Shown here: in pieces, positions 27,501-39,930 of the stretch | How positions within the stretch are numbered: position 1 is the first letter of the stretch | How the letters are laid out: every line of letters begins with the position of its first letter | Origin: Octopus vulgaris | Lineage: Eukaryota | NCBI GenBank assembly: GCA_951406725.2 | Contig: OX597822.1 | Location: forward strand, 103,974,001 to 104,038,000 | Reading direction: 5' to 3' | DNA length: 64,000 bases | The notes under the pieces: model-generated | Seen by the model: the letters and a program-made list of their open reading frames with translations, nothing else | Told to the model about the DNA's origin: nothing | The model's database searches: none | Program-made: the position numbers and the translations under genes

Positions 27501-27885
27501 TGGAAGCACTCCGTCGGTTACGACGACGAGGGTTCCGGTTGATCCGAATCAACGGAACAGCCTGCTCGTGAAATTAACGTGTAAGTGGCTGAGCACTCCA
27601 CAGACACGTGTACCCTTAACGTAGTTCTCAGGGATATTCAGCGTGACACAGAGAGTGACAAGGCCGGCCCTTTGAAATACAGGTACAACAGAAACAGGAA
27701 GTAAGAGTGAGAGAAAGTTGTGGTGAAAGAGTACAGCAGGGATCACCACCACCCCCTGCCGGAGGCTCGTGGAGCTTTAGGTGTTTTTCGCTCAATAAAC
27801 ACTCACAACGCCCGGTCTGGGAATCGAAACCGCGATCCTATGACCGCGAGTCCGCTGCCCTAACCACTGGGCCATTGCGCCTCCA
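27501..27885 (-). mobile_element. SINE family B (main form)
   Basis: Full length; TSD TTGTGCATATA. Confidence 0.92.
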
Positions 27886-28316
27886 CACTTGTGCATATAA
27901 ACACCTGTATGTTATGAAAAACACACCTGAACACAAGTTAGTGTATATATATGATTGCGTGCTGTCGGAAAATTGTATATCGAACTTATTTGCTTCTAAA
28001 TTAATGTGCAAGTGGCTGCACATTCCACAGATACGTAGTTCTCAGGTAGTGTGGTACGGGCTTCAATACAGTTTTCACGAACCGAATATCACTGTCAAAC
28101 GTTGAGCCTATTGAAATTGACATTTGCCTTAGATATCACACGTAGGGAGCGAACCCTGGATCACTTGGTTGCAAAGCGGTCTTCTGAATTATTAGCCTAT
28201 AACACACCTACACACACACGCTCACACACACTCACACATACACAGAGCCACACATAAATATGTATAATACATATATATATATTATACATGTATACACATA
28301 TACATACATGCATACA

Positions 28317-28350
<34 letters not shown>

Positions 28351-28408
28351 CATACATACATACATACAGACAGACACACATACATACATACATACATACA
28401 TACATACA

Positions 28409-28440
<32 letters not shown>

Positions 28441-28472
28441 CATACATACATATACATACATACACACACACA

Positions 28473-29560
28473 GCGTCAAAACAAGAGAAGCAGAGAGAAG
28501 AGAGCTTCATTTGATCCGATGTGTTCATCAAGGTCAGATGACGAGATGGGAAGAACATGTTGAGAGGAAGATAAGTTTGGATGAGATGTGGAAGTGGACG
28601 ACATCTCGGCTGAGTTTCCTGATTCGTTCGTCTTATGATGTTTTGCCATCACCTACGACTCTAGTAAGATGGAACGTCTTAGAGAATGACATCTGCAAAT
28701 GTGGAAAGGTCGGTACACTAAAACATATTCTTTCCAACTGTTCATTAGCATTGAACAGGTACACATGGAGGCACAACTTGGTCCTTAAGGTTATCTTCAA
28801 TGCTATAAAGAACCAAATTCATCTCAACAACACTGAGGAAAAACCGTTAAAAGTACCATCAAGAGATTTCATTACCTTCGTGCGACCAGGTCAGCGGATC
28901 CGTTTCAAGAAGAAGATCAAGAAACTTCCTGAGAAAAATGAAAAGTGGAACGGCTATTGGGAGGTAACTGCAGATTTACCTGGGTGCCAGGTTTTCTTTC
29001 CCATCCCAGTTTCTAAAAAATACAGATATTTTGATGTGGTGTGAAAGAAAGAAAGTTGTAAATATAGTCTAGCTAACGGTTGCTCATGAAGATAATATGG
29101 ACACCGCTCGGGCTCGAAAATTGAACCGTTATGAAAACCTCCTCGAGGAATGTGAAGACGCAGGCGGGAAAGCGGAACATTTTCCTATCGAAGTCGGATG
29201 TAGAGGGTTTGTAGGACACAGCGTGAGACGACTGTTGTTATCGTTAGGCCTAACTCATCGTAAAGTCAATACCACCAATGACTGATATCCAATCTACAGT
29301 GGAGAAGGCTAGCCACTGGATTTGGTTAAAAAGAGACGATGAGCGATGGCTAGAAGTATATTGAGTTCTTCATAACCAGCTGATTTAGCAAGCGGGGCCT
29401 CATATCAGTGAGGGGGCCGGTGCACATTGATGCCGTTGAGAGGTAGGCCCCGAAACGGCGCGCATTCTCTCCTGATGACCCCATACACTTGCTAGCTTCC
29501 GGTATACGGAGCTTTTAACTGGTAGCACTTGCATGTGCAAATTGTTTGCAAGACATCTAG
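28473..29560 (+). mobile_element. 5'-truncated HERO-like RLE non-LTR retrotransposon (zinc knuckle, PD-(D/E)xK nuclease, 3' UTR)
   Basis: QGQMTRWEEHVERKIS..RLSFLIRSSYDVLPSP..CKCGKVGTLKHILSNC..RYTWRHNLVL; LTVAHEDNMDTARARKLNRY..PIEVGCRGF; EKASHWIWLKR; stop at 29362-29364. Confidence 0.85.
29386..29494 (+). ncRNA. Non-circularly permuted (pseudoknotted) hammerhead-like RNA in LINE 3' UTR
   Basis: Stem III TGCCGT(29431-36)/ACGGCG(29455-60); H17=U29437; stem I GAGAG(29438-42)/CTCTC(29467-71); GAAA 29452-55; CTGATGA 29472-78; stem II GGGGCCT(29394-400)/AGGCCCC(29445-51); closing helix TAGCAAG(29386-92)/CTTGCTA(29488-94). Confidence 0.7.
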
Positions 29561-29561
29561 G

Positions 29562-29608
<47 letters not shown>

Positions 29609-30171
29609 ATATGTATGTATGTATATATATATATAGGGAGAATTCAAAGTTGAAATAAGGTTAGAAAATAACTCAAATGAAGAATGAAATGAATTTAGGT
29701 GAATCAGTTGCAGTATGAAGTAGTGAATTACATACGCCAAAGATTATCGTTTAATTCAAATATCCTTCTTCATCTTCTTCATTGTAGAAAGGAAATAAAT
29801 TCCGAGTGGTAATTGTTAGCAACTCTAAACAAAGAAACAAAAATGAAGATAATTTAAAGAGATTCGGAATTAGTTTCACAAAAGTATCATACGTGCCTCG
29901 CGGAAAATTTCATATTGTTTTTTCTTAATAGGCAAATTCCGACTTCTACAACTATGTTTCGGTATTACTGGACCCCGTCAGCAAAGTACAGTTAAATTCG
30001 AATTCTCTTAATCAGTTGATAAAAGATTGTCTACATTCAGACAAATGCGTTACAGAGACTTTGTGGCCTATAATTATAATTATTCCTGTAATTAAAAATA
30101 AACATATGAAATGTAATGCAAATGAATCAGTTGTATGCATTAAGAAAAATTAATTAATGAAGGAATGTGGA

Positions 30172-30554
30172 TGGAAGCACTCCGTCGGTTACGACAACGA
30201 GGGTTCCGGTTGATCCGAATCAACGGAACAGTCTGCTCGTGAAATTAATGTGTAAGTGGCTGAGCACTCCACAGACACGTGTACCCTTAACGTAGTTCTC
30301 GGGGATATTCAGCGTGACACAGAGAATGACAAGGCCGGCCCTTTGAAATAGAGGCACAACAGAAACAGGAAGTAAGAGTGAGAGAAAGTTGTGGTGAAAG
30401 AGTACAGCAGGGATCACCACCATCCCCTGCCGGAGCCTCGTGGAGCTTTAGGTGTTTTCACTCAATAAACACTCACAACGCCCGGTCCGGGAATCGAAAC
30501 CGCGATCCTACGACCGCGAGTCCGCTGCCCTAACCACTGGGCCATTGCGCCTCC
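30172..30554 (-). mobile_element. SINE family B (main form)
   Basis: Full length; TSD TAATGAAGGAATGT. Confidence 0.92.
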
Positions 30555-31099
30555 TAATGAAGGAATGTACTGACCTGATGGACAGGGAAGCTGATGATTC
30601 ATTCCATTCCATAAATAGACAAGGTTTCACCAACGTAAAGAGCAGTAGGTGCGATCTCTCAGAGAATATACGGAAGTCCTGAAGCTGCGTCTGCTAAGCG
30701 TTAGAAACAGCCGATTCTTATTACTCAAAGCGAGGCATGTACCACGTATGTGGCAGGCGAAAAGAATAGTCGTTATGTTATAAGAGAGATTACGTACTCT
30801 AAACCTTTGCTCTGCAACCTATTTTCACTTGCGGTACACAAATATTTTTTTTCAAAATTCGGCGGAACACCTAAACTAGAAGTGTAACTAAAGGTAGAGG
30901 AGAAAACAATTATATTCAGGTTACACTGCGGCATACCTAGCATCGTCACGTGACGCATCAGTGTGCCACGGCCTACTTGTTGCGGAGCAATGATCTAAAC
31001 TATTGTGATGGCCACTGCGCAGCACCTTTTTACTGGTAGTTTTGGGATAAATCTGATGGTTTTTATGCCTCGTTTCTTCAGAAACGATTCTTTGTATTA

Positions 31100-31765
31100 G
31101 TGAACAGTCAGCAGCGTTGGTTAAAGTTGTGGTTGATAAAAAGGTAGCTGACATGGAGAGCTGGGAGCCATTTGAATATTGGAGAGTCGAACGGGGTATC
31201 ACAATGCTGACATCATGACAGCTGATCAATGCTCTGTGAACACTCTGAAGATTGTAAGACGTGACATGGACAGCTGCAACGGAGACTACGATGCCTTGGC
31301 CAGCAAGAAGGTACACAGCGGACATTCTGAATGCGTCCACACAGTAGAATTCGTTCCCACGTCTATGAACAAGGAGTTAGGTCTAATTCAGACCACTATG
31401 TGAAGCTGCTAGAAACTGGTCAAACCCTGACTGGAGTGAGTTGCGGCTGGAAGGCTATGTGCATGGTAGCAGCATTCGGTTCCTTGCTATACCTCCGAAA
31501 AGAGTCAGAAGTGGCTGTCAGATAATTTCTACAAATCCACCAGCTCAAATTTCTGGCCTGCTATTTTCTCCGAATGAATTACTGTGTGAAGTTCGGTTGA
31601 GAAAGACACCAAACGTTCTACTTGCAACACGAAACCCGAGCTGGTGACTAAGATGAAGGAAGTGTTCGAAGTCCTTTCCAAGGACACCGTGGGAAACGCA
31701 TGCGCCAGGTTCTGGATCCGTCTTGAAGCTGAAGTTGAATCTGAAGGTGGCTACTTTGACTAAAC
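31100..31765 (+). mobile_element. Tc1/maT-like transposase relic (same family as 26385-26900)
   Basis: Nucleotide similarity GGTTGAGAAAGACACCAA..CTTGCAACAC..GCGCCAGGTTC..GCTGAA..TACTTTGA. Confidence 0.7.
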
Positions 31766-32339
31766 TGTAATCTCTCAGCCATAATATAGTTGATATTTCT
31801 TGATTTTTTTCAAAAGCATACATTTGCTTTTGGATGTCATATTGCATGCATAGCAAAGTTCATGGTCAATCTTTGCGAAGCTTCTTTACTCTGCGTGCTT
31901 TAGCTTCATTTCTATTGCAACAGTCCAGATACTTATTGATCAGATATCGTATATTAACCCGTGTACAAAGAATAAACTAAAAATAGGCACAAAAACTAGA
32001 AAGAACAGAAAAGAAAAAAATGAAATACTGGTAACTTACCTTTTATATTTATCCTGTTAAATCGCTTTTGCCTCAGTGGCTTGGAAGATCTTATTTACGG
32101 TTGGTTGGTTCTTGAAAGGATATTGAACTTCCAGCTTTGGTAGAGTTGTTTCCTTCTGGTTGATAATGTTTGCAATGGAACAAACAATGTCATAAGGTTT
32201 CTGAATAGCCCTTCCAAGAGCATAAAGGTGATTCTATGCTGTTTGTGACAAAATATAGTTCAAAGAACATGATGCGTTCGAAACCATGGATGTCTTTGTT
32301 AATCTTTCTCAATGTCTGATACATTTTATTCGTTGATAT

Positions 32340-32923
32340 AATGTTTTCTACTCTAAGCACAAGGCCCGAAAATGTTGGTGGAGGGGGCCAGTCGATCAGA
32401 TCGACCCCAGTGCGTAACTGGTACTTAATTTATCGACCCCGAAAGGATGAAAAGCAAAGTCGACCTCGGCGGAATTTGAGCTCAGAACATAAAGACAGAC
32501 GAAATACCTAGTTTTTTATTACCCACAAGGGGCTAAACATAGAGGGGACAAACAAGGACAGACATAGGTATTAAGTCGATTACATCGACCCCAGTGCGTA
32601 ACTGGTACTTGATTTATCGACCCCGAAAGGATGAAAAGCAAAGTCGACCTCGGCGGAATTTGAGCTCAGAACATAAAGACAGACGAAATACCTAGTTTTT
32701 TATTGCCCACAAGGGGCTAAACATAGAGGGGACAAACAAGGACAGACATAGGTATTAAGTCGATTACATCGACCCCAGTGCGTAACTGGTACTTAATTTA
32801 TCGACCCCGAAAGGATGAAAGGCAAAGTCGACCTCGGCGGAATTTGAACTCACAACGTAACGCAGACGAAATACCACTAAGCATTTCGCCCGGAGTGCTA
32901 ACATTTCTGCCAGCTCGCCGCCT
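32340..32923 (-). mobile_element. SINE family C array: head, two new-tail units, one old-tail unit
   Basis: Repeated ~182-bp units; last unit ends ..GGGCCTTGTGCTTAGAGTAGAAAA. Confidence 0.92.
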
Positions 32924-33889
32924 TAACTCCTTGATACAATATCGTTGGTATACTATCTGGAAATTTTGGAGAAAAACCCATATTTTCCTGCTTCATGCTA
33001 CGGTGGAGTCTTCATGATACAGTGGAGTGCTCAGTTCTCTTTGTTCCTTGAATTTAATAGATATATCGGAACAGGCATACATTTTTTCTGCTATTTTTGT
33101 GTTAATTGTAGAAGCTCGCAGAAAGTATTTGCAGTGACACATACGTAAATTCTTTGATACCATATCTAGGAGTGTTATAGAGCTCTGCATATCACCGGTT
33201 TGGAAAAACAGGATTCCTTGTGTAGGTTAGTAGAAAAATTGAGATAATTAAAAGTTGAATGTTGGAGTGGCAGATACAGGGTTATGTGTTTTCGGTTTAT
33301 TGTGTTATCTGAAAAGTGATGTCAACGCAAGAATAGCTGACAATATCGTTATGAGTGTTAAAATGTTTATATTATCTGGTGAGAATCGTTGTTTTACGAT
33401 TGCTGAAGGATCGTGAATATAAATGTGATAACATCAAGCTAATATTGTGGACAAAACTAGTCTTCTTTCTCTTCATTTTCTCTGATATGAAGTTATTTTC
33501 CATGTATAAAAGATTTTCTCACTGAAGCCATTTCTAACTAACGCATCCTTATAGTAGTGGATTGTCTTGTCAATAATGACCTTACTTAAGAAAATGTGTT
33601 ACATATTCTAGATACATTCTTCCTCGTTAAGGCCAGTAATGCTCCGAATTTTGTGAATGTATATAATGCCATCGCTTGGCTTTCTCTGTGTATGTTGTTT
33701 GGCTGTGTTGCTTTATATTTATGCAGAAACTGGACAAAATAATGGAAACACCACTTTTTATTTATCTTTTCTGTTGGCAATGTTGGTGCCACCGCCGCCC
33801 TGCATAGACCTGCGTAACCTCTGAGTCTGTTAATATAACAATGACAAATAGGAAAAAAGAATAAAAACAATAATATCAGTGATATCAGT

Positions 33890-33890
33890 G

Positions 33891-33956
<66 letters not shown>

Positions 33957-34273
33957 TTATTTGACAGGCAAGAACTCTGGCGTTGAAGACAGTCAGCCAG
34001 CCAACCACCAAGCCAGCCAACCACCAAGCCAGCCAACCACCAAGCCAGCCAACCACCAAGCCAGCCAACGAGACAGACAAACACTACTGTGATGGTGATA
34101 ATGATAATGATAAAAAAACAAAAATAACAATAATAAGATACTGCTGTGACTACACATAAAACAATATCATTGATGATGATGATGATGATGGTGATGGTGA
34201 TGATGATAATGATGATGGTAATGGTGGTGATAATGATGATAGTGATAATAATGGTGATGATAATAACAATAAT
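33890..34273. repeat. (ATA)n, 16-bp minisatellite (CAGCCAACCACCAAGC)x~4 and (GAT/AAT)n tracts
   Basis: Direct inspection. Confidence 0.9.
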
Positions 34274-37200
34274 AAGCCGACTACGGCTGCTATAATGGTA
34301 CGATTATAATTGTAACGGCAATGATGGCCGTCTCCCCACGAGCCAATCAAAGCTCAAAAATGATAACATTATCGTAGCACCAAAATGTTTTTGAAAACTA
34401 AAAGGAAAACTAAATCAGTATACCAAATCGCTTGTCCTATGGTTAATCTGGAAGCGCGTCCCCCAGGGAAGAGCCAGCCTGGGATCGAAAAGTCATCAAC
34501 TGGCACAAACTCTTCTCCGAATACGGACATGGATGGTCACTTGAACGGGAAGTCCCCCAACTCGAGCCCTCCAAGTTCACCACCACAACCACCACAGAAA
34601 GAAAAATGTAAGCGGAACAAATGGACCCGAGAAGAGTATAAAGAAGTAATATACGCTTATTACTATGCATTAGGTAGGCCATCTCAAGAGAGACACACCG
34701 CAAACTCTTACAGTATATGGAGAATACGGAATCAAGACAGTAGGCCCTATTTGGACGAGAACAAATTAGCAAATGTGAGGAGGGATATCTTTAGAAATAA
34801 CAGACTTACAGACAGTGAAATAAGCGCGATCAAGCACGCAACGGAAAATGACATAAATATAAGACACAAAGGAAATGAAGAATCAGATGAACAGTATAGC
34901 CCGCCACGAGGCTTAATTGAAAGACTGCCATCTGACCAAAGTACGCAAAGGCCTGAAGATACAAGAAATTCTATTGTACCTGTTAAAGATAGCCAGGAAA
35001 ACGAAAAAACAACAGTAGCTGAAGATCTCGCATTTGCTGAAGAACACAGAGAGTCTATGGCAGAAATGAGGCAGAAAATCCTGAATACGCTTGAAGTTGT
35101 AAGACATACAAGTATGAATGATAGAGAACCGCTTCATAAACTCTCAAATACAAACCAAAATAAAAAACAAATCCAAATTGGCAACTATGTAACAAATGAA
35201 ATAATACGAGAATTAAAACCTGATTTTACTGAGTTAAATGAAATTATTTATGCTTCTGCTAGGGCAATTGAAACCAGCTGTATGCCCCCGAAAAAACAAA
35301 GAAAACAAAACCTGGGAAGAAATCAAACCTGGAGAAGTAAAATTGAAAAAGAGATTGAATTTATGAGAGGGTAAATATCAATATTAAATTAACTAATATG
35401 TGGAAATGATGTAAGATCCAGAACAGGAAGAAAGATGAAGAGAAAATTTGGATCCTCACCAAGAGAAGAACTGATATCTATAAAAGAAACGCTGAAACAA
35501 AAAGTCCAAGCAAAAGCCCAAAGAATACGAAGATTTGAGAAGAGAAACAAGTTTTACAAGCAAAATAAGCTGTTCACATCCAATGCCAAAAATTCTACAG
35601 AGAAATAGGGAAGGAGAAAGTAACCGTTAAAGACCCCCTCCCATGGAAGAAGTTCAAAACTTTTGGAAAAGGATTTGGAGTGACAAGAAGACGTACAACA
35701 TAAATGCAGACTGGATTATACAAACTGAAGGATCCTACCAAAATTTACAACAACAAGCATGGGAAGACATCACAATAGCAGACCTAAGAAAGGCACTCAC
35801 GAAGGCCCATAATTGGAAATCCCCGGTAAAGATAGGGTGCCGAATTTCTGGCTCGCATCGCTCCCGTGCGCACACGGTAAGCTAGTTCAGCTGCTCAATG
35901 GAATTATGAGAGACCCAAAGAAAACACCTGAATGGTTAGCAAGTGGCATTACTTACCTACTCCCAAAGAATAACGAAACCAACCTTCCAAAAAACTATCG
36001 GCCTATAACCTGTCTATCCACCACGTATAAAATCCTAACATCTATCCTGGCGGAGAAAACATATGCATTCATGGAGAAGAACGATATTTTCCCCATTGAA
36101 CAAAAAGGGTGCCGCCGAGGCTCTTACGGATGCAAAGATCAACTGCTAATCAATCGTATGATCCTTGAGAACTGTCACAACAAGCGCAGAAATCTCAGCA
36201 CCGCATGGATTGACTATAAAAAGGCCTTCGACAGTATACCGCATCCATGGATCTTGAGATCGCTGGACATCTTCAAAATTTCCCCTGTGATTTCAAACTT
36301 CCTGAAGCACAATATGTCGTTGTGGAATACGAATCTCCAATTATACCACTCTAATGGAGTACTTGCCTCAGAAAATATAAACATCAACTGTGGAATTTTT
36401 CAAGGTGACTCACTTTCACCTTTAATATTCTGCATAGCCCTAATACCCCTTACAAGTGAATTAAACAGAACAGGGTATGGGTATAAAATTGCCAATAAAA
36501 AAATAAGCCATCTATTTTATATGGATGACTTAAAACTTTATGGTAAAGACAATAATGAACTTGAAGGCCTATTGCGCACCGTGAAAGCATTCAGCGATGA
36601 CATCGGGATGGAGTTTGGACTTGAGAAGTGTGCCAAGGCCACTTTCCAGAAAGGGAAAGTGAAGACCACAAATTCAGTCGTGTTAGATGTTGACACAGTC
36701 ATAAGAGAGCTTGAGCAAGAACAAACATACAAATATTTAGGGATAAATGAAGGCTCTGGTATTCAGCATGCATGCATGAAAGAGAAGATCAGGAAGGAAT
36801 GTTATAGGAGAGTTCGTGCAGTCCTGAAATCTGAACTAAATGCACGTAACAAGGTGTTAGCTATAAATTCCTTAGCAGTTCCAGTTGTTACTTATAGCTA
36901 CAATGTGTTGAACTGGAATATGAGTGAAGTAAAGAATATAGATAGAAAAATACGCAAGCTGCTGAGTTGTAATAGGATGCACCACCCAAAGGCAGACGTA
37001 GATCGCCTTTACCTTCCCAGAGCCCAAGGAGGTCGAGGCCTGATCCAATTTGAACTAGCTTACAAAACAACCACAATTGGACTGGCCAAATATCTCGAAA
37101 TAACGAATGACTGGATGCTAAAGCTCGTGGAAAATCACGAGAGACGAAAGAAGCTTCCTTCTATCATAAAAGAAAGCAAAAAATTTGCTATTGATCTCGT

Positions 37201-38236
37201 GCAGGATACCCAAACTGAACAACCCGAGGGAAGTACGGCAACTATTGTTGCAAAGAAGGTGAAAAATGATGGCAATGAAAAAAGCGCACGAGCAACTGGC
37301 TGATAGGTGGGAGGAGAAACCTCTGCACGGCAAATATGTGACCCACAGCAAACAAGCTGATGTTGACCACAAGCAAACCCATCAGTGGCTACGGAGCTCA
37401 GGGCTAAAAGCAGAGAGCGAAGGTTTCATCCTGGCTGCTCAAGATCAAAGCCTATTAACCCGGAACTACCAGGCCAATGTGATGAAAAATGGAGCAGACC
37501 CAAAATGCCGATTCTGCAACGACATGATTGAAACAGTGGACCACCTAATCTCTGGATGTAAAGTCTTAGCACCAGTGGAGTATAAATTAAGACATGACAG
37601 AGTTGGCCAATATCTCCACTGGCTAATAAGTCGGCATTACAATATCAAAACTGCCGACAAGTGGTATAATCACCACCCTGAGGCTGTAACTGAAGGAGAA
37701 AATGTAACGATTCTGTGGGACTTTCCAGTACATACAGACCGAACCATCAAGGCCAATAAGCCAGATATTGTTGTGAAAGACCAAAACAATAAAGTTTGCT
37801 TATTGATCGACATGAGCAACCCTGTGATCATAATATCTCAGCGAAAGAGTTTGACAAGCTCAGAAAATATAAAGACCTACTCATTGAAATTGAGAAAATG
37901 TGGCATCTCAAGGCGGTTACAATACCAGTGATCGTAGGAGCACTAGGAATGATCAAGAAGGGAACCGAAAATTATATGAGAATGATCCCTGGCTTACCAT
38001 CCCTGCAAGAAGTGCAAAAGATTGTCTTAACTGGTACATCACACGTATTGAGAAGAGCATTGTCGATGTGAGAACTGTTGCTGCTCATGTATTTTAATTT
38101 AACTTAAAAAAAAAAATGAACGAACTATTGAGTTTGGTTTAATGGCCTACCAATGTATACTATGAGTTTCTTTGCCCTAGGAGTCGAGAAGACACTCGGC
38201 AAGAAATGGAAGCAAATTTGAAAGAAGAAAAAAAAG
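34274..38236 (+). mobile_element. Near-full-length R4/Dong-clade RLE non-LTR retrotransposon (single ORF broken by a few stops/frameshifts)
   Basis: ORF pieces 34385-38071: KWTREEYKEVIYAYY N-terminal motif; RT (YRPITCL, IDYKKAFDS, GIFQGDSLSPL, YMDDLKLY, YKYLG); CCHC (CRFC..ETVDHLISGC), RHDRV, KPDIVV..LLID; ends in (TAA)n. Confidence 0.95.
35813..37303 (+). pseudogene. Reverse transcriptase domain of the R4/Dong element
   Basis: 496-aa open frame containing the RT motifs above. Confidence 0.9.
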
Positions 38237-38325
38237 TAATAATAATAATAATAATAATAATAAAATGGCGGTGCCCCAGCATGGCCTCAGTTCGTGAGCT
38301 GAAACTAGTTAAAAATAAAAAAAAC

Positions 38326-38386
<61 letters not shown>

Positions 38387-38391
38387 TAATA

Positions 38392-39930
38392 ATGAAAGGA
38401 AGCAGGTGGAGCATCTCCATGTCCTGATTAATGATACATCTAGTGATTGTGTCACAACAAAAACACTGATAATTGCGCATCCTGATAATCGCTACCTCAT
38501 AGGAGTGACAATGAACAAACAAAATATTGTGAATAACGGTGGTAATGAAACTGAAGCCAATGATGGTGACAGTGTTACAACCTGGTAGACTCAGAGATTC
38601 TGGTCCGGCTCCAGCCTGTCGATATCCATAAAGGGACCATTCACACACGGTGTAGATGGAGCAATCAACTTAATGCTGTGGTCATGGAGTGTTACTACCT
38701 GAGCAACACAGTAGATGAAAATGGTGCTCAAATTAGGAGTTTACCGATAATGTATGTATGATCATTGGAGATGAAAGGGATTGTTTCAACTCACGGAACA
38801 GAGACTACGTGGTCAAGCTAGAGCAATAAGAAAAAATCGTTGGTTCACAGAAGTAGAGCTCGAAGCTATCAAAAGACGGGTCTTGGAAAATAGCATCAGA
38901 GATAGCGATGAAAATACAGTTCTTACTAATAAGTGTAATCTCATAGCACAGGAAAGGAGCAGTGGTAGTTTACTTGGTGAGACTATCTAACAGAACATAT
39001 AGATGATCTGAAATAAGATAGCAAAACTAATGGCGACATGACAGATGAACAAAAGGCAATCTACGCCAGAATAAAGGCAAGACTACAGGAGAACGATAGC
39101 GACATTATTGGCAACCTTAAAAGGGTTGATCGATGGAAATTGAACCAAGAAAAGAAAAGTGTCAATAAAATTCTGAAATACATCAGAACAAACAACATAC
39201 TATATGATCCCATACTCTTGGATAATGGGGTGTATTAACCTGTTTGGTATTGCATCGAATGTTGAGCGATTGCTTGGAAAAAGTATGGCGAATAGGAGGA
39301 CGGAGCTGACAGCATACGAAAGAAGTTTAGGGATAGTAGAAATCAAGAAGGGCATCTTCCAAGGGGACTGCCTGTCCCCACTGATCTTTGTACTGTGCTT
39401 GATACCACTAACACAGATACTGAGGAAAGCAAAAGCTGGGTATGTATCCAAAAGCCGCCAACAAAATGTCAACCATTTGTTATTCATGGATGAGCTCAAA
39501 ATTTATGGTAAAGATGAAGCCCAAGTCAGTTCCCTCGTTGACACGGTGTATACTTTCAGTGATGATATCAGAATGGAGTTCAGACTGAGAAAGTGTGGTG
39601 TGTTAGTCATGAAGAGAAGCAAAATCAAATGTATGGACGGGCTATCGATACCGTCGGGGAGGTTATGAAGCAGATAGAAGAGACAGGCTATAAGTACTTG
39701 GGGATTTTGGAAATTGATCAATTGATGGAAAAAGAAATGCCAGAAAACTTTAAGGTGGAATACTTGCGCAGAATGACACTGATTCTCATTAAGTCGAAAT
39801 TAAACGGACGGAATAAGATTGAAGCTATCAACACATAGGTGGTTTCACTCCTTAGATATGGAACAGGGCTAATCGCATGGACAGTAGACGAACTAAACAG
39901 CTTGGACAGAAAGACAAGGAAGTTTGTTCG
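38392..39930 (+). mobile_element. Second, degenerate R4/Dong element (N-terminus plus RT, internal deletion)
   Basis: VMECYYLS..LTEQRLRGQARAIRKNRWFTEVELEAI; GIFQGDCLSPL; LFMDELKIY; YKYLG. Confidence 0.85.

Noticed and set aside
32030-33230. Possible minus-strand host exons (GTAAG donor at ~32040)
   Set aside because: No sustained open frame or recognisable protein; interrupted by a SINE array.
34274-34385. Possible HDV-like ribozyme in the Dong 5' UTR
   Set aside because: Small hairpins exist, but I could not assemble the P1/P1.1/P2/P3 nested pseudoknot.
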